Source: an uncultured Nitrososphaerota archaeon (lineage in GTDB: Archaea > Korarchaeota > Korarchaeia > Korarchaeales > Korarchaeaceae). Taken from it: DNA of 32,000 nucleotides. The stretch's first letter is position 1. Each line of letters begins with the position of its first letter. The stretch spans positions 30,001 to 62,000 of the forward strand of contig CAYZRF010000009.1 of NCBI GenBank assembly GCA_964480775.1, in the 5' to 3' direction. Position numbers and translations under genes: made by a program. The notes beneath the pieces were generated by a model. That model saw only the letters and a program-made list of their open reading frames with translations. It was not told the origin of the DNA and searched no databases. Shown in pieces: positions 17,752 to 27,921 of the stretch.

Positions 17752-17859
17752 TCTTCTTATTGGGTTATCTAGCCGAGCATTCATTTTTAAAGCTAGATAT
17801 GCAAGCAAGTACAAAACAGTTGAAGCATTGTTTATTACGAGAGCAATGTACAATAAGCT

Positions 17860-18108
17860 ATGCCTAAATTTCATGTACGCATCCAAAGAGAAGAGTGCAT
17901 TATGGATGGTGTTTGTTGGTCGTTGTGTCCTGATGTATTTGAAGCTAATTCTGAGGATGGGAAGTCCCAAATAACGAAAAAATATAGGATAAATAACAGG
18001 ATAGATGATGGAGAGGTTCTAGAGAATTTGGAAGCTTGCGTTAAAGAGGCTTCTATGGCTTGTCCTGTACAGATAATACGCGTTGAGGAATTCGGAGACA
18101 ATGATTAA
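17860..18108 (+). CDS. Single-cluster [4Fe-4S]/[3Fe-4S] ferredoxin, Pyrococcus furiosus Fd type
   Basis: 82-aa ORF. 'CIMDGVCWSLCPDVFE' and the distal 'ACPVQII' parallel P. furiosus Fd 'CIGDAICASLCPDVFE...ACPVSAI', including Asp in place of the second Cys ligand. Confidence 0.8.
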   Translation: MPKFHVRIQREECIMDGVCWSLCPDVFEANSEDGKSQITKKYRINNRIDDGEVLENLEACVKEASMACPVQIIRVEEFGDND

Positions 18109-18131
18109 ACGTAGAACTCATCATAAGGGCT

Positions 18132-18153
18132 AAAAGTTCTAGAAAATAAGAAC
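18132..18153 (+). terminator. Hairpin downstream of the ferredoxin gene
   Basis: 'AAGTTCT-agaaaata-AGAACTT' (7-bp stem) lies 24 nt after the stop and is followed by the T-containing 'gaaaatctttaatttt'. Weak evidence. Confidence 0.2.
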
Positions 18154-18293
18154 TTGAAAATCTTTAATTTTCCATTTAGAGAGCCGAGTTCTAACAGATG
18201 TGTTAAGATTATTAACTTATTACTAATCGCATGTAGAAGCCAATAAGCCAAAGACCCAGATAGAAACCGAACATGGGAATTGATTAATGGCGG

Positions 18294-18309
18294 AAATTTA
18301 AATAAAATA
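18294..18309 (+). promoter_or_regulatory. TATA-like box upstream of the giant surface-protein gene
   Basis: 'AAATTTAAATAAAATA' is centred about 25 nt upstream of GTG 18328. This fits an archaeal promoter producing a leaderless or short-leader mRNA. Confidence 0.3.
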
Positions 18310-18327
18310 GGGGAAAAGTGATCAAAT

Positions 18328-18438
18328 GTGCCAGATGTAGAGAGAGGTGTTGATATAAGACTTCTCGTTGTATCTTTGGTGCTATTTTTATTTGTACTTA
18401 ATTCTTTTTCCTTATACGTCTATACTTACGCGCAGTCT
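18328..18438 (+). other. N-terminal signal peptide / signal anchor of the giant protein
   Basis: A charged n-region ([11 protein letters not shown]) is followed by the hydrophobic '[24 protein letters not shown]' and then 'QSSS'. Confidence 0.6.
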
Positions 18439-21400
18439 TCTTCTAGAGGAAATTTTGGACCCTCTCTTAGTATTAACCCTAGAAATCAAGGCCATATTCC
18501 CTTTCTTCAAAGGATCGAGGACATCTCAATTGAAGTCGATCTAGATGCACCTCAAGAGGTTGGAGAGTGCTCTCCTTCTACTTTTATCATAGAAGTTAAG
18601 AATACAGGGAATGAGACGGCAAAAAACCTGAATGTAACTAATGTAATGCCTGAGGGATTCTTTTATCAAGAAGGCAGTTCTTCAATAAATGGAACCCCCC
18701 ATGAGCCCACCCAGAGTGGTAGAAATCTTACTTGGAGCATAGGAGATGTTACTCCTAACCAGACTTTTATCTTAGAATTTAACTTAACTGCTGGATGTGA
18801 AGCACATACCGGGGCAGTAGACAAGGCCGTTGTAGAATATTCAAATGGGACTCACACAGATTACAGGGAAGATGAATCGTTGGGAATTAAAGTCCTTCAT
18901 CCTTCTCTTGTCGTTTACAAAGAACCTATTGTGATTCCAGCCCATAAAGGGGACATCGTGAACTGGACCGTCAGGGTCAAGAACGAGGGATTTTTCGCAG
19001 CCTCAAACGTGACGATTTTAGATTCTTTGGGGAGTGGTCTTTCCCTTAATTCTTCGAATCCATCTTATAACGGTTCTTTCCCTAATGGGACCATCTATTG
19101 GACCAATATCTCCCTAGATGTGGGTGAAGAGTTTGTTATTCAGCTCAAAGTAAAAGTTGTAGGTTGCGAGAATCTTACCAACGAAGTTAGAGCCTATCCC
19201 ACGTGCAATGGTCAAGTTTGTAGAAGGGTTGATGGGGTCCTAACAGAGCTTCCAAACACTCTTGCTTCCATAGAGTTTCTCAAAAGAGTTCCAAACATAC
19301 AAATTACTTCATCCACATTAAATCCAAGTCTAATAGGACCATGTAGTCCCTCAAACTTCACAATTTTCTTGGAAAATCAAGGAACCGGAGCTTCTTATTC
19401 AACCAACGTTACACTTGAATTGAGAGGTGGATTACAGTATGTAAACGGGAGCGGAAATCCAACTCCTACTGTTAATGGCGAAGTCTTAACGTTTCATATA
19501 GGTACAATAGAGCCTGGAGGAACCAGTAAGATATCCATGAACTTGTCCATCCCTTGTGGGACAAGCGGGACAAAACAGATTTTGATTCATATGAGATATT
19601 TCGATGAATGTGATAATCTTTGGCTCCCTCCAAGCACTTACCTTGGTGTTGATACATCTTCGCCATCGGTAAGCGTCAGCAAAACTGGACCTCATGAAAT
19701 AATCAACACAAGTTCTGGAGAGGTTTATACGGTAGATGTGGCTTGTAACGGCCTTAATCTCTGTCAAAACGCCCATGTGATTGTTAATGATTCAATACCT
19801 TCAATGCTCACTTACGTGAACAGCACCCCTCCGGGAAATTACGATCCAGTCAAAAACACCGTAACCTGGAATCTATCTGCAGGGAACTATACACTAAACA
19901 TCACATTGAAGCCCTCTCCTTCAGCAGGATGTGGGGATCATGGGATGAACGAAGTTACTGCAACGCTATTCTGCTGTAAAAATTGTAGCATTTCGGATTC
20001 CTCTTCCATATCCATAAGAGTAACCTGTTCTGAAATTCCGTCAGATTGTTTTCAAATAAGGTCATTCTCAAATCAGTCCTCTGTAGAACCCTGTAAAGGG
20101 TTGAACTACACCTCGACCATCAATTTTCTGGTCGATGGTATAAATTCCACTCGTTCCAACATGATATATTTCCATTACAATGAAAATGGGTTGAAGGAGG
20201 AGTACGTTGGTCCAGCTTACCTCTACCTTCCAAACGGGACTCAAGTTGCATTAGGTCCGCCTTTGCAGAATTCAACATGCCTGAGCTGGAATCTCAGCTC
20301 TTTGAACTTCATAGTCAATTCCGGAGACTCCATAAACATAACGTATGTCCTCAGAGTGAAGTGCAACGCTTCTTCATACATTCACGACGTCCAAGGATTC
20401 TCAATGACAGCAAGGGACTCTGCTGGAAACGACCTTAATTGCTCCGGTGTTGCGAGATGGGCAGCCTATATCTTGATCATAAGGGCCTCTATGTCGATTT
20501 CTGAGGAAATACCTCCCCTTCTGGACTTGTGTAGGGAGAGAGAGTATGAGGTGAGAGTAGAAGGTGCCACCAGCGCAAATCCGGGGTATAATGTTACCGT
20601 GGCAAAATACGTTCCTCCTAACTTCATTTATAACTCTACTACAGAAGTAGAGTTCTCGAACGGAACTATAGTCCAAGTCACTCCTTATTTTGAGAACAGA
20701 TGGCTAATTTGGAATAAATCAATCGTTTCCCAGCTTTCTAAGGTTGACTGTGATTTTTGGATAAGAGTAAATATGACTGCATGCTACAACAGGACCCCTG
20801 GCTTCCACTTTAAGGCAAATCTTACATGGGATGATTACTGTTTATATATTGGAGGGTGTACACCGGATTGTACTTGTAGACGTACGGACATATATGACAG
20901 CGGTTCAATTCTCATCCTGAAACCTGAGTTCGTTATACTTAAGACTCCAGAGGTTATTTATGCTATACAACAAGAAGTAAAATGGAGGATTCAGCTCTCA
21001 AATGTAGGAAACGGCTCTGCATATTCACCAGCTTTCAAGCTTGTCGATCTCCTTGGAGAGGGTCTCGTATGCGTTGGAACTGACTTGCCAACTGGTTGGT
21101 CTGCAACTATCTCGCCTGACAGAAGAAACGTGACCTTTACTGCTCAATCCCTTGACGCAGGGGAGACTGTCGAGTTTAACTTGACCGCTAAGATGGTTAA
21201 GTGTGAGGGACTAACGAACAATGTCTCTGCTTTGTGGGGATGCTGCGGTAAATGGTTCCAGATGGATTTCGATAACTCTTCCGTAGAGGTCCCATCGGCA
21301 GCAGTATCAATCACAGATCACTTAGAACCGCAAGCAGCCAAACTTTGTTACGATCAAAAAGTAACAGTTAAGCTGAAGAACGTAGGTAAAGTTGCCATCT

Positions 21401-24400
21401 ATAACTGTACCTTAAACTATACGCTTCCAAATTGCTATGTCTACAATAGCAATGTCCAGGCCTATGTGAACGGAACTCCATTTAATCCAAATCTCTCAGG
21501 CAATAGATGGGCGCTCTGGAACTTCACGCAAACAACATTCGATGAAATTCTTCCGAATGAGTTTACAGAAATCGTTTTTAACGCAACAGCAACGTGTCCA
21601 TGCGACATAGATAATTCTGGTGGCTACTCAGCAACGTTACTTTCCTATGCCAAAGCCTGTGGACAAGTCGTCGGTCCATTCAATTACACTGGAACTGCGC
21701 TTTACACAGTAGATGCTCCGGACATCTACCTTGTAGTCCCATCCTATATCTGTGGGGAGGCCGGAGATATTGTATGGTGGAATTTAACAATTAGAAATAG
21801 AGGAAGTGCTACTGCAGAGCTTGTTAATGTTACGGTCGAGATTCCGGCAAGCGTTTCAGTGATATCTACGATTCCTGCTCCAGACTCAGTTGCAGGCAAC
21901 ATTTACACCTGGTTAACTCAGTCAGTTGGTGGTAAGGTTCCTGACATACCCCCGAACGGGGAATTTGAGATAGACATGCGCGTTAGGGTTGATGATTGTG
22001 ATCCTCAAGATTATCTTAAAGTGAAGATAGAAGATGGTTGCCCTGGATGTTTCTTTGAAAGGGAATGGTACAATAATACTACCTATGTCCACAGTCAACC
22101 ATTCCCACCCGAAATACATCAAGACTTAGAACCTGTTAACGCGTGTGGAAATGCAACATATAAAGTGCAAGTAGCAAACGAAGATCCCTGTCTCTCGTTG
22201 TACGCAACTCAACAAGGCGCAAATTATGTCCTAACTTTCCTCGATTATCTGCCAACCGGGATATCATACAGAGGCGAGTCAGGCGACTGGGATGTCCTAT
22301 TCCATGATAATGAGACGGGATCAAACACTAGCATGAATGCCAATACGATTTTTTCTTATGATCAGGTTAATAACGTCATAAACTGGACGATCGTCCTCTC
22401 ATCTTTTGAGATGACACCTGGAGATTATTTCATATTCACCTTCAACGTTACATCTCAGATCTGTGATCTTTCGTCAGGAAATAACGTGTTTCAGGCTACA
22501 AAGTTCAAAGATTCTTGCGGATATGATATTTCAGCAAGTAACACCGCTAGAGCACCGATTTTATTACCAGATCTATCGATATCCAAGACTCCTAGCGTTC
22601 AATACGGTGATCTTTACGATCAGGTTTGCTGGAACATACGGGTCACCAACAACGGTAACGGCACTGCCTACAATGTTACAATATGGGATGTACTCTGCCA
22701 AGCTTTGTCTTTTGATGAGAATGCTCAAGCATCAACAACGCCCTGGGACCTAGTTTATCTCCCTGGGGTTAATGCGTCCGGGGCTGAGACGACTATAGTC
22801 TGGAAGAATAGAGTTATACCACCTGGAGGTTATGTCACATTAGTCCTATGCGCAAATATCTCGGCTTGTCCTGTTCCTCCACAACACCCATACGATGATG
22901 CTTATGCGAACTGGGGGTGTGACTCCTACTGTAATTACTCAACTCCAGTCCATGCTCATGCCGATGTCTACATGTATGGAGTTCCAAGTCCACTCTCGAA
23001 GTCTCCGACGTCATTTAATGTTTGTGGAAATGAAACGATAGAAATTTCAGTAACCAACGCAGGCGCGACGATGTTTGGAATATGCATAAATGAAACGCTT
23101 CCGTATGGTCTTGATCCCATTTTCATTGACACCTCAGGAAATGTTCTTGCAAACGTTACCTTAGGGACGACTACCTACTATAACGTGCCGAGTAACTATA
23201 CTGTAAGTGTTTCAGGGCTGTACGAAAGAATAATTTGGAATCTAACGAAAATTAATGTTTCACAAGGTCAAACACTATATTTGAGATTTAGGGTTCATGC
23301 AAATTGTAGTTTTGATTTCTCTACTGAGACAGTTAACATCACGTATTGGGACTCCTGTGGAGAAGTTTATTCTATGGAGAGAGAAGATCTCCTCAGGCCC
23401 CTCAGACCAGATTTATCGATAAGCTATAAGACTAAAACCCAGCCAGCTGGTAGACCCGATAGATTTGAACTTGTTGAGTGGGAAATTCATGTGATAAACT
23501 CTGGAGACGGGGATCTTTACTTCTTAAACGTTTCAGACAAGTTGGGATCTCAATTCAAATTTATTTCATCATCACCCTCTCCAGATTGGGTTGATGACCC
23601 ATTAGACCCTCACATCCTAAAGTGGAGTTTTGACTGGAGTAGCAGTCCGTTATCTCCTGGAGATGAATACGTAATAACTATCAGGGCGAACCTTACTGGT
23701 TGTGCAGAGCCCGGATGGAACAATGCATCTCTAGTTTGGGGTTGTGATTCTGTAGCTTGTGCACCAATTTCTTGGGCAAATAGCTCCGTTGAGAGAGCAA
23801 AACCCGACCTAGTTGTTTCTTATTCATCTCCGCCCTTCTTGATCTGTGGAAATACTACTGTCAATTTCTACGTTACAAATATTGGTGATGGGTCTGCTTT
23901 TGGATTTAACTCCAGCCAGCCATTTAAATTGAGATATCTCTTCCCTGTAAGAGCTCCAAATCTTGATTGCATGAAATATGTTTCCGGAAGCACGAACATC
24001 TCGTTCTCAAACGGGACCATAATACATCCAGAGCCTCAGATATTGATGGTTGGGGGAGAGAAGTTCCTTGAATGGAACCTGTATTGGATACAAGTTGGAC
24101 CTGGAGAACGGATAAATGTCAGCTTTAAGGTCATTGCCTCTTGCTGTTTCCAAAAAGGAGACAATGGTTCGGCATATGCTAGCTGGTATGACTTATGTGG
24201 TAATTTCGGTGAAGACGAGGATATAGATGCGGCCTCTCAAATACTAATTCCGGACATTTCCTTGAGTAAAACGCCAACCACTGTTGGGGCAGATCGTTGG
24301 GATAACGTCTCTTGGCTTATCGAAGTGCGGAATGATGGGAATGGAACTGCTAATTTTGTGAACGTCACGGAAGTATTTGGATCGGGACTTACATATATCA

Positions 24401-27234
24401 CAGATAATGCCTCTCAATACAGAGTTTATTCAGACCATAACAAGGTTGTCTGGAACTTAACAGAAATACCTGCAGGAGATAGGATTCTCATAGTATCGTG
24501 GGCAAATGTCTCAGGATGTAGTGGACTGACAAACGATGTTTACGCAAGCTGGGGATGTATTGGGGCAATTTGTCAGGAGAAGAATAGCTCAACAACAGTT
24601 TATTTGATTTGGCCAAACATATCAATAAGCAAAAAACCGGTTGGGGGTACTTGCCCAGTTAGAGTTGAGCCAGGAGATGTTACCACATTTGAGATTTTGT
24701 TAAATAATTCTGGAACAAAAGGCACGGGGTATAACCTCACAGTAGAGGACGAAATGCCTTCGTTCATGGAGTTTTTAGACGCAAGCGATGGAGGTACTTA
24801 CAACGCTAGTACCCACAACGTCACATGGAAGATCTCAAAGCTAGGAAATGAGACTATGATGTTAACCTTGACTATGCGTGTTAAACCTGGAACTCCAGAC
24901 GGAGCTGCTGAAATTAACAACGTTACTGTCACTTACTTTGACGCCTGTGGCAATACTAAGAACCCAGACACTGGCGCTCCTTATTGGGACAAAGCAGAGT
25001 GTAAGATGATAACTGTTGCTGCTCCAGAGTTAAGAATCAATAAAACAATATCAGAAAATCCAATAAATGCTTGTCATAACGTCAGCGTCATTTTAACAAT
25101 TAGAAACATTGGACATGGAACTGCATATTCTGTAAATGTCTCAGATATTCTTCCACCAGGAATAGAGTATGTCAAAGGATCAACCGAGGTAAGAAACTCT
25201 TCTACAGGTGCCATAATATCAACGGCAGATCCTGTGGTAACCACGATGGGAACTTCTGGGAGAACTAACCTTACATGGCCTCTTAATTTAAAGATGAACG
25301 GAAAGGAGAATATAACCATAAGCTTTAATCTAACTGCTGGGTGCGGGCTTAAAGCAGGGTTAGAAGAGTTTTCTGTTGTTGGTAAGGATGGAGGAGGGTT
25401 CATTAAGAGAGACAGTGGTTCTATGGATATTTTGGTCGTAATACCAGTTCTTGAAGTCGAAAAAGAGCCAGAATCACAGACAAAGTCCCTCGGGAGCGTT
25501 GTAGAATGGACGATAACCGTCAGAAATGTTGGAAACGGGACCGCACACAACGTGACGTTAGTAGATCAGCTTGGTCCAGGTTACGAATTTGTTTCTGCAA
25601 ACGGTTCTTACAGCATATCAGGAAACACAATAACGTGGACTAACATCTCTTTGACTTCAGGATCCTCTCAGAGCTTTAACATTAAGGCGAGGATCTCCAA
25701 GTGTTCTGGTCTAAAGGAGCACGTTGAAGCCAGTTGGTGGTGTAGAAACGTATCTTGTGCCTCATCCGAGGCAGAGGCAAGGGTTTCTCTTAGAGCTCCC
25801 AAATTAACGGTTGAAAAGCAATTCAATGCCAGTTTCGTTAAGATAAGAGAGCCAGTTCTTGCAACGATCAGGGTCAGAAACGTTGGAAATGAAGGGGGAA
25901 CAAATCTAATGGTTTTTGAACCTCTACAAGAATGTTGGACTTTCCTTGGAACGGTTAGTGTTCTGGACGAATCGGGTAGGCCAGTTGGATACAAAGAAGA
26001 AATCACTACAGAGGGAGTGGTTTGGAGGATAAACTCCTTAGGCAAAGGAGAGGAGGTCGAGATAAAATTCGTTATAACTTATGATTGCAATTCGCTTCCA
26101 GGATCAAGACGTCAGCACAACTTCACAAACTGTGTTCTAGCAAATCTTACAGGAAGTTGTGGTCCAGTGTCGGCGACCAATTGTTCATGGATTGTCGTGG
26201 AACTCCCATCGAGAACACCGACACCTACTCCGACTCCCACTGTTACTCCGACTCCAACACCCACAGCCACACCAACCCCAACACCGACACCTACTCCGAC
26301 TCCCACTGTTACTCCGACTCCAACACCGACGCCTGCCCCACCGATCAAACTGAAGGTTTCAAAAGCCTCTAAGAAGATCATAATGTGGGGAGATCTGGTA
26401 AACTACACGGTTATAGTAAGGAATGAAGGAAATACCAACCTAGTAAACATAGCGGTGACAGACAATCTTCCTTCTTACCTTGAATACATACGTGGAACTT
26501 CTACGATAAATGGTCATAAATCTGAACCAAAAATTGAGCAAGATTCGCTTATTTGGATAATTTCGTCTCTAGCTCCAGGAGAAGAAGCCATCATAAAGTT
26601 CAGTTGTAGGATGCTTGAATACCCAAGAGGAGGCATCATAATCAATCCTGTGAATGTAAGAGGGTTCGAGACGTACGCACGGTCTCTAATATATGCCCCA
26701 ATTTCATTACTTCTATTAATACCGTTATTTGTACTGACAACAAGGAGGAGACCTGTAGTTGTCGACTTTGAATATCTAAAAACGCTATTCAAAGCAACGG
26801 ATTTCTTCCTTCCGTTTCTCTTCGGAAAAATTATAATCTCAAAATCTACATTTGAAAAGGCTACAAGAGATAAGAAAATCAGCAACATAGTTGAAGAACT
26901 CGTTTCAAGAGGTCTAATTCAAGTTCACGAACTATCACAAGAAGCTAGGGAACTCTCAGAAGAAATTACAAGCATCTATCAGGTAGAAAAAGAGGAAGGC
27001 GATGCTATAGCACTATCACTTCAATGCGAAGCTGAGAAAGCTCTGTTAGGTAGAATTAAGACAAGAGAGGTTGCTATTTCATTGGGTATAAGAGCGTTGG
27101 GGTGTGGAGGTTCGATATTTTATCTAATCGAGAAGGGCTTGATCACCAAAGAGGAGGGGCGAGTCCTTCTCGATTTTTTAGTTTCTGAGGGATATCTTAC
27201 AAGTTCCGAAGATATAAGTTTGGGAGGGGTGTGA
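18328..27234 (+). CDS. Giant (2968 aa) DUF11/CARDB-like repeat surface glycoprotein with PT linker, C-terminal TM anchor and cytoplasmic PIN-like tail
   Basis: Uninterrupted 8.9-kb ORF with a GTG start. N-terminal signal/anchor. About 20 Ig-like modules carry the DUF11 core '[VI]xWx[IV]xVxNxGNGTAxNVxVxDxL'. By my hand count there are roughly 115 N-x-S/T sequons. Cys-rich. PT-rich linker, TM helix, then a 163-aa tail. Confidence 0.9.
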   Translation: MPDVERGVDIRLLVVSLVLFLFVLNSFSLYVYTYAQSSSRGNFGPSLSINPRNQGHIPFLQRIEDISIEVDLDAPQEVGECSPSTFIIEVKNTGNETAKNLNVTNVMPEGFFYQEGSSSINGTPHEPTQSGRNLTWSIGDVTPNQTFILEFNLTAGCEAHTGAVDKAVVEYSNGTHTDYREDESLGIKVLHPSLVVYKEPIVIPAHKGDIVNWTVRVKNEGFFAASNVTILDSLGSGLSLNSSNPSYNGSFPNGTIYWTNISLDVGEEFVIQLKVKVVGCENLTNEVRAYPTCNGQVCRRVDGVLTELPNTLASIEFLKRVPNIQITSSTLNPSLIGPCSPSNFTIFLENQGTGASYSTNVTLELRGGLQYVNGSGNPTPTVNGEVLTFHIGTIEPGGTSKISMNLSIPCGTSGTKQILIHMRYFDECDNLWLPPSTYLGVDTSSPSVSVSKTGPHEIINTSSGEVYTVDVACNGLNLCQNAHVIVNDSIPSMLTYVNSTPPGNYDPVKNTVTWNLSAGNYTLNITLKPSPSAGCGDHGMNEVTATLFCCKNCSISDSSSISIRVTCSEIPSDCFQIRSFSNQSSVEPCKGLNYTSTINFLVDGINSTRSNMIYFHYNENGLKEEYVGPAYLYLPNGTQVALGPPLQNSTCLSWNLSSLNFIVNSGDSINITYVLRVKCNASSYIHDVQGFSMTARDSAGNDLNCSGVARWAAYILIIRASMSISEEIPPLLDLCREREYEVRVEGATSANPGYNVTVAKYVPPNFIYNSTTEVEFSNGTIVQVTPYFENRWLIWNKSIVSQLSKVDCDFWIRVNMTACYNRTPGFHFKANLTWDDYCLYIGGCTPDCTCRRTDIYDSGSILILKPEFVILKTPEVIYAIQQEVKWRIQLSNVGNGSAYSPAFKLVDLLGEGLVCVGTDLPTGWSATISPDRRNVTFTAQSLDAGETVEFNLTAKMVKCEGLTNNVSALWGCCGKWFQMDFDNSSVEVPSAAVSITDHLEPQAAKLCYDQKVTVKLKNVGKVAIYNCTLNYTLPNCYVYNSNVQAYVNGTPFNPNLSGNRWALWNFTQTTFDEILPNEFTEIVFNATATCPCDIDNSGGYSATLLSYAKACGQVVGPFNYTGTALYTVDAPDIYLVVPSYICGEAGDIVWWNLTIRNRGSATAELVNVTVEIPASVSVISTIPAPDSVAGNIYTWLTQSVGGKVPDIPPNGEFEIDMRVRVDDCDPQDYLKVKIEDGCPGCFFEREWYNNTTYVHSQPFPPEIHQDLEPVNACGNATYKVQVANEDPCLSLYATQQGANYVLTFLDYLPTGISYRGESGDWDVLFHDNETGSNTSMNANTIFSYDQVNNVINWTIVLSSFEMTPGDYFIFTFNVTSQICDLSSGNNVFQATKFKDSCGYDISASNTARAPILLPDLSISKTPSVQYGDLYDQVCWNIRVTNNGNGTAYNVTIWDVLCQALSFDENAQASTTPWDLVYLPGVNASGAETTIVWKNRVIPPGGYVTLVLCANISACPVPPQHPYDDAYANWGCDSYCNYSTPVHAHADVYMYGVPSPLSKSPTSFNVCGNETIEISVTNAGATMFGICINETLPYGLDPIFIDTSGNVLANVTLGTTTYYNVPSNYTVSVSGLYERIIWNLTKINVSQGQTLYLRFRVHANCSFDFSTETVNITYWDSCGEVYSMEREDLLRPLRPDLSISYKTKTQPAGRPDRFELVEWEIHVINSGDGDLYFLNVSDKLGSQFKFISSSPSPDWVDDPLDPHILKWSFDWSSSPLSPGDEYVITIRANLTGCAEPGWNNASLVWGCDSVACAPISWANSSVERAKPDLVVSYSSPPFLICGNTTVNFYVTNIGDGSAFGFNSSQPFKLRYLFPVRAPNLDCMKYVSGSTNISFSNGTIIHPEPQILMVGGEKFLEWNLYWIQVGPGERINVSFKVIASCCFQKGDNGSAYASWYDLCGNFGEDEDIDAASQILIPDISLSKTPTTVGADRWDNVSWLIEVRNDGNGTANFVNVTEVFGSGLTYITDNASQYRVYSDHNKVVWNLTEIPAGDRILIVSWANVSGCSGLTNDVYASWGCIGAICQEKNSSTTVYLIWPNISISKKPVGGTCPVRVEPGDVTTFEILLNNSGTKGTGYNLTVEDEMPSFMEFLDASDGGTYNASTHNVTWKISKLGNETMMLTLTMRVKPGTPDGAAEINNVTVTYFDACGNTKNPDTGAPYWDKAECKMITVAAPELRINKTISENPINACHNVSVILTIRNIGHGTAYSVNVSDILPPGIEYVKGSTEVRNSSTGAIISTADPVVTTMGTSGRTNLTWPLNLKMNGKENITISFNLTAGCGLKAGLEEFSVVGKDGGGFIKRDSGSMDILVVIPVLEVEKEPESQTKSLGSVVEWTITVRNVGNGTAHNVTLVDQLGPGYEFVSANGSYSISGNTITWTNISLTSGSSQSFNIKARISKCSGLKEHVEASWWCRNVSCASSEAEARVSLRAPKLTVEKQFNASFVKIREPVLATIRVRNVGNEGGTNLMVFEPLQECWTFLGTVSVLDESGRPVGYKEEITTEGVVWRINSLGKGEEVEIKFVITYDCNSLPGSRRQHNFTNCVLANLTGSCGPVSATNCSWIVVELPSRTPTPTPTPTVTPTPTPTATPTPTPTPTPTPTVTPTPTPTPAPPIKLKVSKASKKIIMWGDLVNYTVIVRNEGNTNLVNIAVTDNLPSYLEYIRGTSTINGHKSEPKIEQDSLIWIISSLAPGEEAIIKFSCRMLEYPRGGIIINPVNVRGFETYARSLIYAPISLLLLIPLFVLTTRRRPVVVDFEYLKTLFKATDFFLPFLFGKIIISKSTFEKATRDKKISNIVEELVSRGLIQVHELSQEARELSEEITSIYQVEKEEGDAIALSLQCEAEKALLGRIKTREVAISLGIRALGCGGSIFYLIEKGLITKEEGRVLLDFLVSEGYLTSSEDISLGGV
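26215..26343 (+). repeat. Pro/Thr-rich linker containing a perfect 47-nt direct repeat (26215-26261 and 26281-26327, 66-nt period)
   Basis: 'acaccgacacctactccgactcccactgttactccgactccaacacc' occurs twice, identically. The region translates to [43 protein letters not shown]. Confidence 0.95.
26686..26742 (+). other. C-terminal transmembrane anchor of the giant protein
   Basis: '[19 protein letters not shown]' is followed by the stop-transfer residues 'RRR'. Confidence 0.75.
26743..27231 (+). other. Predicted cytoplasmic PIN-like domain (COG2405/DUF3368-type), probably catalytically degenerate
   Basis: The 163-aa tail resembles the family consensus as I remember it. The matching segments are '[30 protein letters not shown]' and '[44 protein letters not shown]...[13 protein letters not shown]'. 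The usual DD pair is GR here. Confidence 0.55.
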
Positions 27235-27235
27235 A

Positions 27236-27700
27236 ATGATAAGTCTAGATGAGAAAGAATTAGAGAATATGAAAAAAGAAAGGTTAGATAAGCTCATAAA
27301 AAGATCGGAGGAAGTGAGAAGAACTCAAAGAACTCGCAAACTGATAGCGTCCGTACTTATCATAGTTTCTGTGTTTCTAGTAGTGGTTTCGTGGGTGATA
27401 CTAGGGTTCACATATAAATACACCATAGCAGGAGCTATTGGTTCTGTCTTACTTGGAATAGGGTTTTATCTACTTTTCACTGAGCCAGGGCTTAAGCCCA
27501 AAGCGACTTTGATAGATGAAGTACAGTTAGCAGTAACACAATATGAAGGAAAAAGATTGAAGGAAGAAATCAGAGCCGCCATTGGAAGACATAGAGATGA
27601 ACCGCACTTAGCTGCAAGACTTGAATCCATTCTTTCTACTAAAGATGGAGAAGAGCTTACTAAGGCATTAAGAGAGTTAATAAGCGCCTTTAAGGGCTAA
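27236..27700 (+). CDS. Small membrane protein with a 2-TM hairpin and charged helical N- and C-terminal regions
   Basis: 154-aa ORF. ATG lies 1 nt after the giant gene's TGA and 6 nt after GGGAGGGG. Two hydrophobic helices: 'LIASVLIIVSVFLVVVSWVILGF' and 'IAGAIGSVLLGIGFYLLF'. I recognise no family. Confidence 0.7.
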   Translation: MISLDEKELENMKKERLDKLIKRSEEVRRTQRTRKLIASVLIIVSVFLVVVSWVILGFTYKYTIAGAIGSVLLGIGFYLLFTEPGLKPKATLIDEVQLAVTQYEGKRLKEEIRAAIGRHRDEPHLAARLESILSTKDGEELTKALRELISAFKG

Positions 27701-27921
27701 TTGGACTATAATGGCCTCCTAGCATTTTTATTCTGCTAAAAACTTAGGATGTTTAGAAATTTAGCCGTCATATAGCCCAATCTATGGCAAGTTGATTAGA
27801 GACCGAGAACATCTCTCTTACAACCCGAATAACGCGTTATAATTGACTATGTCAAAAAATAATTGACATTATACCTTTAGAATCAAAAAAGAAGGAGAGA
27901 TATCATAAAAATATGTTGTCA

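Noticed and set aside
17728-17974. Mutually overlapping ORFs 17741..17974 (+) and 17728..17970 (-) in the ptsI-ferredoxin spacer.
   Set aside because: They overlap each other, the ptsI 3' end and the ferredoxin 5' end. Their composition is Leu/Phe/Tyr-rich, as expected from AT-rich non-coding DNA, and they have no SD.
26085-26381. Three overlapping alternative-frame ORFs (26085..26372 +, 26112..26381 -, 26159..26353 +) over the PT linker.
   Set aside because: They are low-complexity artefacts of the ACNCCN repeat (GVGV and HRHL-type translations), lying entirely inside the giant gene's well-supported frame.
26686-26751. Archaeosortase-type C-terminal sorting signal (PGF-CTERM-like) at the giant protein's TM helix.
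   Set aside because: There is no PGF/PEF/VPXXXP tripeptide before the helix, and the helix is not terminal because 163 residues follow it.
26743-26760. AGGAGGAG (the RRR codons) just before the PIN-like domain, which might drive internal initiation of a free PIN protein.
   Set aside because: The following in-frame codons are CCT GTA GTT GTC GAC. I found no in-frame ATG/GTG/TTG in the more than 80 codons downstream that I read. The SD-like string is most simply a consequence of Arg codon choice.
19472-26888. Antisense and off-frame ORFs inside the giant gene. They include 19472..19666, 19486..19776, 20401..20676, 21922..22122, 22136..22324, 22463..22753, 25074..25550, 25668..26045 and 26514..26888.
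   Set aside because: They are shadow ORFs with no motifs, no SD or start context, and odd composition. The sense frame carries strong repeated domain signatures throughout.
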